The notes under the pieces were generated by a model. It had not been told where the DNA came from, did no database searches, and saw only the letters and a list, made by a program, of their open reading frames with translations. From an uncultured virus (IMG/VR IMGVR_UViG_3300021963_000092) (lineage: Duplodnaviria; Heunggongvirae; Uroviricota; Caudoviricetes): 20,000 bases of DNA. Shown here one piece after another: positions 9,012 to 16,678 of the stretch. Within the stretch, counting starts at the first letter, position 1. Every line of letters begins with the position of its first letter. The stretch is from positions 56,847 to 76,846 of IMG/VR virus record IMGVR_UViG_3300021963_000092; one strand, given 5' to 3'. The position numbers were made by a program, and so were the translations under genes.

Positions 9012-9655
9012 TGAAACTAATTAAAGAAATTTCACAAGAGCTTAAGTATATTACTGAAGCTAAAGAGTCTGGTAAGAAAGGTATCTTTATTGAAGGTATC
9101 TTTATGCAGGCAGATAAAGACAACCGTAATGGCAGACGTTATCCAAAAGCAGTTATGGAAAGAGAAGTTAGCCGTTATCAAGATCTTATTAAAGAAAAAA
9201 GAGCATTAGGAGAGCTAGGTCATCCTCCTAATCCTCAAATTAATTTAAATAATGTTTCTCATCTTATTACTGAGTTAAAGTTCACAGGCAATGATGTTAT
9301 TGGACGTGCCAAGGTATTAGACACTCCAATGGGAAAGATTGCTCAGAACTTTATTGAAGAAGGGGTGAGATTGGGAGTATCCTCGCGTGGTCTTGGCTCT
9401 TTAAAAGAAAAAGACGGTATCAACGAAGTACAGGATGATTTTCATCTTGCAACCGTAGATATTGTTGCCGACCCATCAGCCCCTGATGCTTTTGTTAATG
9501 GCATTATGGAATCAGCTGAATGGATTTTAGACAACGGGGTGTGGAAAGCCGTTGATGTTGAGTATGCGCAGAGAGCTATTAAGAAAGCGTCAAAACACAG
9601 TTTAAATGAAACAAAACTAAAGGTTTTCAATTCTTTCTTGAGAAGTATCAAGTAA
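9011..9655 (+). CDS. gp21: Prohead protease gp21
   Basis: IEGIFMQA...NRNGR.YP, ALGELGHP (catalytic His), LGVSSRGLGS (catalytic Ser) and DIVADPSAPDAFV.GIME. Confidence 0.97.
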   Translation: MKLIKEISQELKYITEAKESGKKGIFIEGIFMQADKDNRNGRRYPKAVMEREVSRYQDLIKEKRALGELGHPPNPQINLNNVSHLITELKFTGNDVIGRAKVLDTPMGKIAQNFIEEGVRLGVSSRGLGSLKEKDGINEVQDDFHLATVDIVADPSAPDAFVNGIMESAEWILDNGVWKAVDVEYAQRAIKKASKHSLNETKLKVFNSFLRSIK

Positions 9656-9663
9656 CTCAGCCA

Positions 9664-9671
9664 TATAAATA
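9664..9671 (+). promoter_or_regulatory. T4-type late promoter TATAAATA upstream of gp22
   Basis: Exact consensus in the intergenic region; SD AGGAG precedes the 9708 ATG. Confidence 0.85.
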
Positions 9672-9707
9672 ATAACGTTAAACAAAAAACTCTTAGGAGA
9701 AATACGG

Positions 9708-10808
9708 ATGTCAGTGGAAAGTAAAATTGCACAGTTGCTATCTGGAAAAGATAAGCAAAAACTGACTGAAGAATCTACTGAGAACCTTGCTGCAGGTGGA
9801 ATGGCCGACACCGGCTCAAAAGCCGCTTCAAATGCTAAGAAGGATACTTCTAAAGCAGGTCAGGCAGCTACAGCTGGTGATACCACACAGCCTAAGCAGG
9901 GATCCTCACAAGACGCTTCTTTCACAACATCTGACGAAGATGACACTAATTTAGGTGCCAAGAATTCTTCTTCAGTATCAAAAGCACCAGTCCCAGCCAC
10001 TAAAGGCGACGCTAAGTCAGTAAAAGTTCCAAACATGGAAGAAAAACAAGAACAAGATAATGCTATTTCCGAAAACGACGTTGATGTTTCAGCTCAGCTA
10101 AACTCAATTTTCGGAGAAGAACTATCTGAGGAATTCAAAGCGAAAGCTACTTCTATATTTGAAGCTGCTGTTATCGCTCGTGTTAATCACGAGATGGAAA
10201 AAGTAACTGCTAAATTAGAAGAAGCTAATGCAAACCAGCTTAAAGAATACACTGAGTCATTAGTTGAAAAAGTAGATTCATACCTCAACTATGTTGTTGA
10301 ACAGTGGATGGATGAGAATGCATTAGCTGTTGAATCAGGTCTTCGTACCGAGATTGCAGAAGACTTCATTACCGGTATGAAAGAACTCTTCAAAGAACAT
10401 TACATAGATATTCCTGAAGAGAAGTATGATGTACTTGCTGACCTTCAAGCTAAGAACGAAGAATTAAGCGCTAAGCTTGATGAAGCAATTGAAAAGAATG
10501 TCGAGACTTCAAAAGAACTTAGTTCTGTTAAAAAAGCTAGTATCTTCGAAGAGCAGACTAAAAATCTAACTTCTACTGAAGCACAAAAACTTAAAAAGTT
10601 AGTAGAAGGGGTCGATTTTGAATCAGAAGACCTGTATCGTGAAAAGCTTGCTGTAATTACGGAAAATTATTTCCCTACTCACACAGGTAAATCACCAGAG
10701 CAGGTTCTTGTTGAAGAAACCGCTATAAACAGCGCTAGCTCGTTTGAAAATAACACAACGGTTGATCAGTACGTGAGACATCTCTCGCGCGCTATCAAAA
10801 CTCGATAA
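9708..10808 (+). CDS. gp22: Prohead core scaffold protein gp22
   Basis: LSEEFK.KA..IFEAAV, VEKVDSYLNYVVEQWM.EN.LAVE.GLRTEIAEDF..G.K.LF.EHYID.PEEK; coiled-coil character; located between gp21 and gp23. Confidence 0.93.
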   Translation: MSVESKIAQLLSGKDKQKLTEESTENLAAGGMADTGSKAASNAKKDTSKAGQAATAGDTTQPKQGSSQDASFTTSDEDDTNLGAKNSSSVSKAPVPATKGDAKSVKVPNMEEKQEQDNAISENDVDVSAQLNSIFGEELSEEFKAKATSIFEAAVIARVNHEMEKVTAKLEEANANQLKEYTESLVEKVDSYLNYVVEQWMDENALAVESGLRTEIAEDFITGMKELFKEHYIDIPEEKYDVLADLQAKNEELSAKLDEAIEKNVETSKELSSVKKASIFEEQTKNLTSTEAQKLKKLVEGVDFESEDLYREKLAVITENYFPTHTGKSPEQVLVEETAINSASSFENNTTVDQYVRHLSRAIKTR

Positions 10809-10810
10809 CA

Positions 10811-10818
10811 TATAAATA
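10811..10818 (+). promoter_or_regulatory. T4-type late promoter TATAAATA upstream of gp23
   Basis: Exact consensus 28 nt before the capsid ATG; SD AAGGAG follows it. Confidence 0.88.
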
Positions 10819-10846
10819 TCTTAGAACTTCTAAAAAGGAGAAGGTA

Positions 10847-12178
10847 ATGTACTTATCAGAACAACTTCAGACTAAGTGGGGCGCTGTCCTAGACCACGCA
10901 GATCTGCCAGAAATCAAAGACAGCTACAAGAAGTCTGTAACCGCAGTTCTTCTTGAAAACCAGGAGAAAGCACTTCGCGAAGAGCGTCAGATGCTTTCCG
11001 AAGTAGCACCAGCTAACAACTACGATTCAACCGCAGGTATTGATCGTTACGATCCAATCCTTATCGGTCTTGTTCGTCGTTCGATGCCTAACCTGATGGC
11101 TTACGACATCTGTGGCGTTCAGCCTATGACTGGTCCTACCGGTCTTATTTTTGCAATGCGTTCAGTATACGGTAACGTTCGTACTGATTCAGGCTTAACC
11201 GAAGCTCTCTTCAACGAAGCCGATACCGACTTCTCGTCATCTGGTTTCGATGCCGACTACGCCGGTACACCTAAGAACGGAACACATGCTGGTGATAACC
11301 CAGTAGATGGTTCTTACACTACTGGCAAAGGTATGTCCAATGCACAGGGTGAAGCTCTTGGTGACGCTTCTACTAATAACTTCGGTTCAATGGCATTCGC
11401 TATCGATAAGACCACGGTTACTGCTCGCACCCGTGCTCTGAAAGCTGAATACACCCTTGAACTTGCGCAGGACCTGAAAGCAGTTCATGGTCTTGATGCA
11501 GAGTCGGAACTTTCAAACATCCTGTCACAGGAAATTATGTTTGAAATTAACCGTGAAGTTGTTCGTACCATCTATACAGTTGCTAAAGCCGGTTCGCCTG
11601 CTACTGCAACAGCTGGTACCTTTAACCTTGACGTTGACTCCAACGGTCGCTGGTCGGTAGAACGCTTCAAAGGTCTTCTGTTCAACATCGAACGTGATGC
11701 CAACCACATCGGTCAGGATACCCGTCGTGGCAAAGGTAACTTCATCGTCTGTTCTGCAGACGTTGCAAGCGCCTTAGCAATGGCTGGTGTACTTGACTAT
11801 GCACCCGCTCTTTCAACCAACCTGAACGTAGATGATACTGGTAATACTTTTGCCGGTGTTCTGAACGGTCGCTTCAAAGTATATGTAGATCCATATTCTG
11901 CAAACCTTGGTGCAGCCTCGCAGTTCTACGTAGTTGGTTACAAAGGTACTTCGCCTTATGACGCAGGTATCTTCTACTGTCCTTACGTACCTCTCCAGAT
12001 GGTTCGTGCAGTAGATCCAAGTAGCTTCCAGCCAAAGATTGGCTTCAAGACTCGCTACGGTATGATTGCTAACCCGTACGTTACAACTACTGGTGGAAGC
12101 GCTGCTGCCGATGGTGATACATTTACAGCAAACCGCAACCAGTACTATCGCCGTACCAAAGTTGTAAACCTGATGTAA
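10847..12178 (+). CDS. gp23: Major capsid protein gp23
   Basis: KW..VLDH, LLENQE, DP.LI.LVRR.MPNL.AYDICGVQPMTGPTGLIFAMR, RALKAEYT.ELAQDLKAVHGLDAE.EL, YCPYVPLQM and FQPKIGFKTRYG. Confidence 0.99.
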   Translation: MYLSEQLQTKWGAVLDHADLPEIKDSYKKSVTAVLLENQEKALREERQMLSEVAPANNYDSTAGIDRYDPILIGLVRRSMPNLMAYDICGVQPMTGPTGLIFAMRSVYGNVRTDSGLTEALFNEADTDFSSSGFDADYAGTPKNGTHAGDNPVDGSYTTGKGMSNAQGEALGDASTNNFGSMAFAIDKTTVTARTRALKAEYTLELAQDLKAVHGLDAESELSNILSQEIMFEINREVVRTIYTVAKAGSPATATAGTFNLDVDSNGRWSVERFKGLLFNIERDANHIGQDTRRGKGNFIVCSADVASALAMAGVLDYAPALSTNLNVDDTGNTFAGVLNGRFKVYVDPYSANLGAASQFYVVGYKGTSPYDAGIFYCPYVPLQMVRAVDPSSFQPKIGFKTRYGMIANPYVTTTGGSAAADGDTFTANRNQYYRRTKVVNLM

Positions 12179-12203
12179 TTGAACCACCAATTAAGAGTGG
12201 TAT

Positions 12204-12231
12204 TAGGGGGAGCTAAGCTCCCCCTATTTTT
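12204..12231 (+). terminator. Rho-independent terminator after gp23
   Basis: Perfect 10-bp stem TAGGGGGAGC (12204-12213) / GCTCCCCCTA (12217-12226), loop TAA, followed by TTTTT. Confidence 0.92.
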
Positions 12232-12235
12232 ATGA

Positions 12236-12243
12236 GATAAATA
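12236..12243 (+). promoter_or_regulatory. Probable late promoter GATAAATA for the gp3-like gene
   Basis: 7/8 match to the late consensus immediately after the terminator and 5 nt before the ATG at 12249. Confidence 0.7.
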
Positions 12244-12248
12244 ATGAT

Positions 12249-12836
12249 ATGTACACATCTAATCTTTCAGAATTAAAGTCGACTGTAACATCTCCTTCTG
12301 TTGCAGTCCATAACTTTCTAAGACCTAACGGTTTTAGATTAGTTATAAAAGACCTCCCTAAAGTTTCTTATACTTGCCAGGCTGCTAACCTACCTGGTAT
12401 TCAGTTAGGTTTCATTAACCAACCTACACCTTTTATTGATAGACCAATTATCGGTGACAAGCTCATGTACACCGATTTAACTATTAAATTTATTATTGCA
12501 GAAGATCTAAGCAATTACGTTGAGCTATATGAATGGGTTACAGCATTAGGGTTTCCTAACAATTATGCTGAATTTAAAAACTTTGCAAATGAAAGACTTA
12601 ATAGATTTCCCTTTAAAGCTGGTTCATCTAATAATGAAGTTTTGGGATATTCAGACGGAACTTTGACCATTTTAGATAGCAATAATAATGCTAAAACTAA
12701 TATAATACTCAAAGACTTATTCCCTATATCAGTAGAGCCTTTGGATTTCGATACTACTACTGCGGGTGGTTCTTTAGAGTATCTAACCTCAAGAGCAACT
12801 TTTAAGTTCAGAACGTTAACAATTGAAACATTATAA
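12249..12836 (+). CDS. gp3: Tail tube terminator/tail completion protein, gp3-like (tube fold)
   Basis: NFL.PNGF.L.I..LPKV.Y.CQ.ANLPGI.LG, GDKL.Y.DL.I.F...EDL.NY.E.Y.W...LGFP and SDGTL.IL.SNNN...DLFP.S...LDF. It occupies the usual position after gp23 and before uvsY in cyanophage-type T4 genomes. Confidence 0.8.
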   Translation: MYTSNLSELKSTVTSPSVAVHNFLRPNGFRLVIKDLPKVSYTCQAANLPGIQLGFINQPTPFIDRPIIGDKLMYTDLTIKFIIAEDLSNYVELYEWVTALGFPNNYAEFKNFANERLNRFPFKAGSSNNEVLGYSDGTLTILDSNNNAKTNIILKDLFPISVEPLDFDTTTAGGSLEYLTSRATFKFRTLTIETL

Positions 12837-12854
12837 TTAACCTTGGAGTAGATC

Positions 12855-13724
12855 ATGCAAAACCAAACTCGCCAGATTAGTCTGGAAGAAATCCGCAAGA
12901 ATAAATTCTTTATCGCAACCCCCTGCTATGGTGGTCAATTGATGGAGCCTTATTTTAGGTCTACCATCAGAATGATGACCTTTTTCAACCAGCATCAAAT
13001 TCCTCTAGCATTCGGTACAATTGCTAACGAGTCTCTAGTTACTAGAGCCCGTAACGTACTACTAGCGTATTTCCTTAATTCAGATTATACACATCTTCTC
13101 TTTATTGACGCAGATATCGAGTTTAGTGTAGAGGATGTGTTGAAGCTCTACGCAGCAGATAAAGAAGTGGCTGTAGGGGCGTATCCTAAGAAAGGAGTTG
13201 CCTGGAATCGTATTCGTCAAAATATGCACACTACTCCTCTCGACCAACCGCTTACAGATAAAGAAATAGCAGCTCACGGTTCTGACTACGCTGTTAACTT
13301 TAAATTTACTAATCGTGAAACCAAATCAATCGCTGTAGAGAATGGTCTTGTTAAATTACACGACGCAGGCACCGGTTTCATGATGATCAAGCGAGACGCT
13401 ATTCTAAAGCTGATTCGCGCTTACCCGGAAATTAAGTACAACAACGATGTAGTAATCAATAACGGCGATCTTAAAGATAATTTCTATGCGCTATTTGATA
13501 CTATGATTGACCCGGTAGATCGTCGATACCTTTCAGAAGATTATACGTTCTGTCGTCGCTGGCAGGATATTGGCGGTGATATCTGGTTAGATCCTACTAT
13601 TTCTCTAAACCATTACGGTCATTTCTGCTTCCAGGGTAACCCGCAAGCGATCATTAACTGGGAAAAACCACAACAACAACAACCGGTACCACAAGAAGTA
13701 AAAACGATTGATCTTCCTGACTAA
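12855..13724 (+). CDS. GT-A (family 2-like) glycosyltransferase-like protein
   Basis: N-terminal FIATPCYGG strand, ESLVTRARN, LLFIDAD (DxD), AGTGFMMIKR and LSEDY.FC (ED motif). SD GGAG lies upstream. Confidence 0.7.
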   Translation: MQNQTRQISLEEIRKNKFFIATPCYGGQLMEPYFRSTIRMMTFFNQHQIPLAFGTIANESLVTRARNVLLAYFLNSDYTHLLFIDADIEFSVEDVLKLYAADKEVAVGAYPKKGVAWNRIRQNMHTTPLDQPLTDKEIAAHGSDYAVNFKFTNRETKSIAVENGLVKLHDAGTGFMMIKRDAILKLIRAYPEIKYNNDVVINNGDLKDNFYALFDTMIDPVDRRYLSEDYTFCRRWQDIGGDIWLDPTISLNHYGHFCFQGNPQAIINWEKPQQQQPVPQEVKTIDLPD

Positions 13725-13736
13725 GTAGATTAATCT
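13708..13736 (+). promoter_or_regulatory. Candidate sigma70-type promoter for uvsY-uvsW (TTGATC-17 bp-TAATCT)
   Basis: -35 at 13708-13713, -10 at 13731-13736, canonical 17-bp spacer; the predicted +1 coincides with the uvsY ATG. Confidence 0.4.
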
Positions 13737-13742
13737 TATATT

Positions 13743-14183
13743 ATGAAATTAACTGATATCACCGATCAATGGGCTATTGATTCGGCCATTGATGAGTTGA
13801 ACCTTGGTAGAGAAGCAACTAAGGTTCCAACTTTACACGCCAAGTATCTGACTCTGTTATCTAAAGCTAAGTTACAGCTTAGAAAAGCAGAGTCAGATTA
13901 TCTACGTACTCGCAAGATAAAGTATCGTTACTATCGAGGCGAACTAACTCAAGAAGAACTTCAAGCGATGGACTGGTTGCAGTACCAAGGCAATAAACCT
14001 CTCAAAGCTGAGATGGATGAATTCTTGCAAAGCGATACTGACCTGGTAGAGCTAGTCGACAAAGTCGAGTATTTTAAAACTGTAATTTATACGCTTGAGC
14101 AAATTATACGCTCGATAAATTCTAGAACTTGGGATATTAAGTCAGCAATAGAATATACTAAGTTTACTAATGGTGCATTTTAG
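13743..14183 (+). CDS. uvsY: Recombination mediator UvsY
   Basis: W..DS.ID...L..E..KVP.LHAKYL, YY.GE and LE.I...I..R.W.IK.AIE..KF..G; directly upstream of uvsW. Confidence 0.92.
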   Translation: MKLTDITDQWAIDSAIDELNLGREATKVPTLHAKYLTLLSKAKLQLRKAESDYLRTRKIKYRYYRGELTQEELQAMDWLQYQGNKPLKAEMDEFLQSDTDLVELVDKVEYFKTVIYTLEQIIRSINSRTWDIKSAIEYTKFTNGAF

Positions 14184-15661
14184 TGTCTGTAAAAATAATT
14201 AAGCGCGATGAAGTCTATATGAAAGTTTTGTGCGAGATGTCTATCGCACAAGAGATTTCTGAGCACTTTACTTTTGAAGTACCTGGTGCGAAATTTACAC
14301 CTATGTATCGCAACAAAATGTGGGATGGTAAACTTCGACTATACTCATTAGTGACAAAAGAGCTGTATGTCGGTCTTCTTCCTTACTTAAAGCATTTTTG
14401 TGAAGTAAATAACTACCCTATCGATAGTACAGATCTTCCGACTAAAGATACTGATGTTACTTACGATCAAGTTGCTGAGTTTTGCAGCAATCTAAATCTA
14501 GGATCAGGAGGTAACCCTCTTCTGATTCGCGACTATCAAATAGAGGCAGTATACAAAGCTATTTGTGATGAAAGACGCTTGCTACTATCTCCAACAGGGT
14601 CTGGTAAATCTCTAATAATCTATTGTCTACTTAGATGGTACGAACAATTTGAAAAGAGACAGCTTATCCTGGTACCTACTACGTCACTAGTTGAACAAAT
14701 GTATTCTGACTTTCAGGATTATTCCTGCTTAAATGGTTGGGATGTAATTACTAACTGCCATCGAATATATTCGGGTCATGAAAAGATAACGGATCTGCCA
14801 ATTGTAATATCTACTTGGCAATCGGTTTATGAATTGCCTAAGAAATGGTTTGAGGTATTCGATGTCGTCGTAGGTGATGAAAGTCATACTTTCAAAGCAA
14901 AGTCTCTTACCAGTATCATGGGTAAGTTAACTAAAGCTCAATACAGGATAGGTACAACCGGTACGCTAGACGGCACTAAGACTCACAAGCTAGTTTTAGA
15001 AGGTATGTTCGGTCAAGTGTATCATGTTACTACAACAAGAGAGTTAATTGATAAAGATCAACTTGCAGATATAAAAATATTTTGCTTAGTATTGTCTTAC
15101 TCACCAGAAATAAGAAAACAAAACTCCAAACTTAAATATCAGGAAGAGGTAGACTTTCTACTACAATACGAAGCAAGAAATAAGTTTATAAGAAACCTTG
15201 CTACCTCTCAGCAAGGTAACACACTGGTACTGTTTCAGTATGTTGAGAAGCACGGTAAGCTATTACATGATATGATATCTAAGAAAGCTGAAAATCGAAA
15301 AGTATTTTTTGTATCAGGTGCTACTGAAACTGAGTCAAGAGAACAAATAAGAAAGATTATAGAGAAAGAAACTGATGCTATAATTGTCGCATCATATGGT
15401 ACTTATAGTACGGGTATAAATATAAAAAACCTTCATAATATTATATTTGCATCCTCTGGTAAATCAAGAATTAGAAATCTTCAGTCTATCGGCCGAGGGC
15501 TGAGAAAAGGTGATCAGAAAGAGCAATGCAAGCTTTACGATATTGGTGATGATATGGAATGGAAAGGTAGAAAAAACTATACCTTGCTTCATATGATCGA
15601 AAGAATTAAAATCTACAACGATGAAAAATTCGATTACAATACTGTAAAGGTAGATATCTAA
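14183..15661 (+). CDS. uvsW: SF2 DNA helicase UvsW (GTG start)
   Basis: FTFEVPGAKF.P.YRN..WDGK.RL, RDYQ, SPTGSGKS (Walker A), GDESH (Walker B), GTTGT, STGINI and LQSIGRGLR. Confidence 0.97.
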   Translation: MSVKIIKRDEVYMKVLCEMSIAQEISEHFTFEVPGAKFTPMYRNKMWDGKLRLYSLVTKELYVGLLPYLKHFCEVNNYPIDSTDLPTKDTDVTYDQVAEFCSNLNLGSGGNPLLIRDYQIEAVYKAICDERRLLLSPTGSGKSLIIYCLLRWYEQFEKRQLILVPTTSLVEQMYSDFQDYSCLNGWDVITNCHRIYSGHEKITDLPIVISTWQSVYELPKKWFEVFDVVVGDESHTFKAKSLTSIMGKLTKAQYRIGTTGTLDGTKTHKLVLEGMFGQVYHVTTTRELIDKDQLADIKIFCLVLSYSPEIRKQNSKLKYQEEVDFLLQYEARNKFIRNLATSQQGNTLVLFQYVEKHGKLLHDMISKKAENRKVFFVSGATETESREQIRKIIEKETDAIIVASYGTYSTGINIKNLHNIIFASSGKSRIRNLQSIGRGLRKGDQKEQCKLYDIGDDMEWKGRKNYTLLHMIERIKIYNDEKFDYNTVKVDI

Positions 15662-16062
15662 TGTATAATAGAATAATTAAACTCATAAGCGGTGATGAGC
15701 TTTTAGCACAAATTGCTGAGGATATTTTTTATTTTGAAGATTCAGAACTAGTTGAACTTCATCACCCTATGCTCGTTAATTATTATAGAACTGCTGATAA
15801 AAATGGCAGAGTATATCAAGGTTGTTCTATAAACCCGTGGATTAATATGACTGATGATAGTATAATACACATCAAAGGTAGTTCTATTCTTGCTGTTGCA
15901 AGGCTATCTCAAGAAGCTTCTAATAAGTACGAAGAATATATTAGAATGGTAGGCAAAGAAGATTCCGAAGAATATTCTTATCTAAACGAACTCATGGACT
16001 ATATTAGTAATGCAGATGATGAAGAAGAAAGCGAAGTCGCAGAAAAGCCAACAATCCATTGA
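15661..16062 (+). CDS. Hypothetical protein between uvsW and gp55 (133 aa)
   Basis: N-terminal IIKL.SGDELLA and internal PWI pattern with an acidic tail. A small gene of this kind is commonly found at this position in T4-like phages. It is coupled to uvsW (TAATG). Confidence 0.7.
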   Translation: MYNRIIKLISGDELLAQIAEDIFYFEDSELVELHHPMLVNYYRTADKNGRVYQGCSINPWINMTDDSIIHIKGSSILAVARLSQEASNKYEEYIRMVGKEDSEEYSYLNELMDYISNADDEEESEVAEKPTIH

Positions 16063-16600
16063 GCTTAGAAATGCTCACTACGTTGATAATAAAAAATTTC
16101 TCGAAGCTTTAATTGAGTATAGAGCTCAAGTTGCAGATGCAGCTGCCAAGGGTTTGCCCAAACCTAAAGTAAGTAACTACATAGGCGATTGCTTCATTAA
16201 GATAGCAACTCACCTTTCTTATAAGGGTAATTTTATTAACTATACTTTTAAAGATGATATGATATCTGACGGTATAGAAAATTGCTTATCTGCAGTCGAT
16301 AAATTTGACCCTACGAGATTTTCAAACCCCTTTGCTTACTACACTCAGATAACTTTTTTTGCATTCGTAAGAAGAATTCAGAAAGAAAAAAAGTATCAGG
16401 CAACTAAATATAGGTTACTAGATAATATTGATATCGATCAAATTGTCTCGCAAGCAGAAGATAATGAAGAATTTGTAAATTATCTTTTGGAGCTAGTAAA
16501 GAAACATAATGATACTATCGAACCAGAACGCAAGATGATTAAGCAGCGTGAAAAAAAGGTTGATAGTTACGATGAATCGGATAATTCAGATATGGAGTAG
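16010..16600 (+). CDS. gp55: Late-transcription sigma factor gp55
   Basis: HYVDNK.FL.AL..Y, NYIG.CF.KIATHLSYK.NF.NY.F.DDMISDGIENC, FDP....NPFAYYTQI..FAF.RRIQKEKK. The exact start (16010, 16016 or 16019) is uncertain. Confidence 0.95.
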   Translation: MQMMKKKAKSQKSQQSIELRNAHYVDNKKFLEALIEYRAQVADAAAKGLPKPKVSNYIGDCFIKIATHLSYKGNFINYTFKDDMISDGIENCLSAVDKFDPTRFSNPFAYYTQITFFAFVRRIQKEKKYQATKYRLLDNIDIDQIVSQAEDNEEFVNYLLELVKKHNDTIEPERKMIKQREKKVDSYDESDNSDME

Positions 16601-16629
16601 TGGATTTTCTGATTGTTATAATTTATAAT
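16601..16629 (+). promoter_or_regulatory. Sigma70-type promoter(s) for the queE operon
   Basis: TGGATT (16601-16606) -17 bp- TATAAT (16624-16629), plus an overlapping extended -10, TGtTATAAT (16614-16622). Confidence 0.7.
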
Positions 16630-16636
16630 GTGCAGG

Positions 16637-16673
16637 TGATAGGTGCCCTTCCACCTATTAACAAAACTAGGAG
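16637..16673 (+). promoter_or_regulatory. Leader hairpin with A-rich tail ending in the SD; candidate preQ1-I-like cis-regulatory RNA
   Basis: ATAGGTG (16639-16645) / CACCTAT (16652-16658) stem followed by TAACAAAACTAGGAG, directly upstream of queE. Confidence 0.4.
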
Positions 16674-16678
16674 CATAA

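Noticed and set aside
12183..12201. ACCAC/GTGGT inverted repeat before the gp23 terminator
   Set aside because: Only 5 bp with a 9-nt loop, too weak to call a separate element.
13671..13682. (CAA)4 microsatellite
   Set aside because: It is a short in-frame poly-Gln in a disordered C-terminal tail, with no evidence for phase variation.
1870..15661. Introns, inteins or stop-codon recoding in core genes (gp17, gp20, gp23, uvsW)
   Set aside because: All are uninterrupted and of normal length under the standard code, and TAA, TAG and TGA all serve as stops in the window.
16639..16660. queE leader hairpin as an intrinsic terminator for gp55
   Set aside because: There is no U-tract after the stem on the plus strand, and it lies downstream of a promoter. 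It is treated as a leader structure instead.
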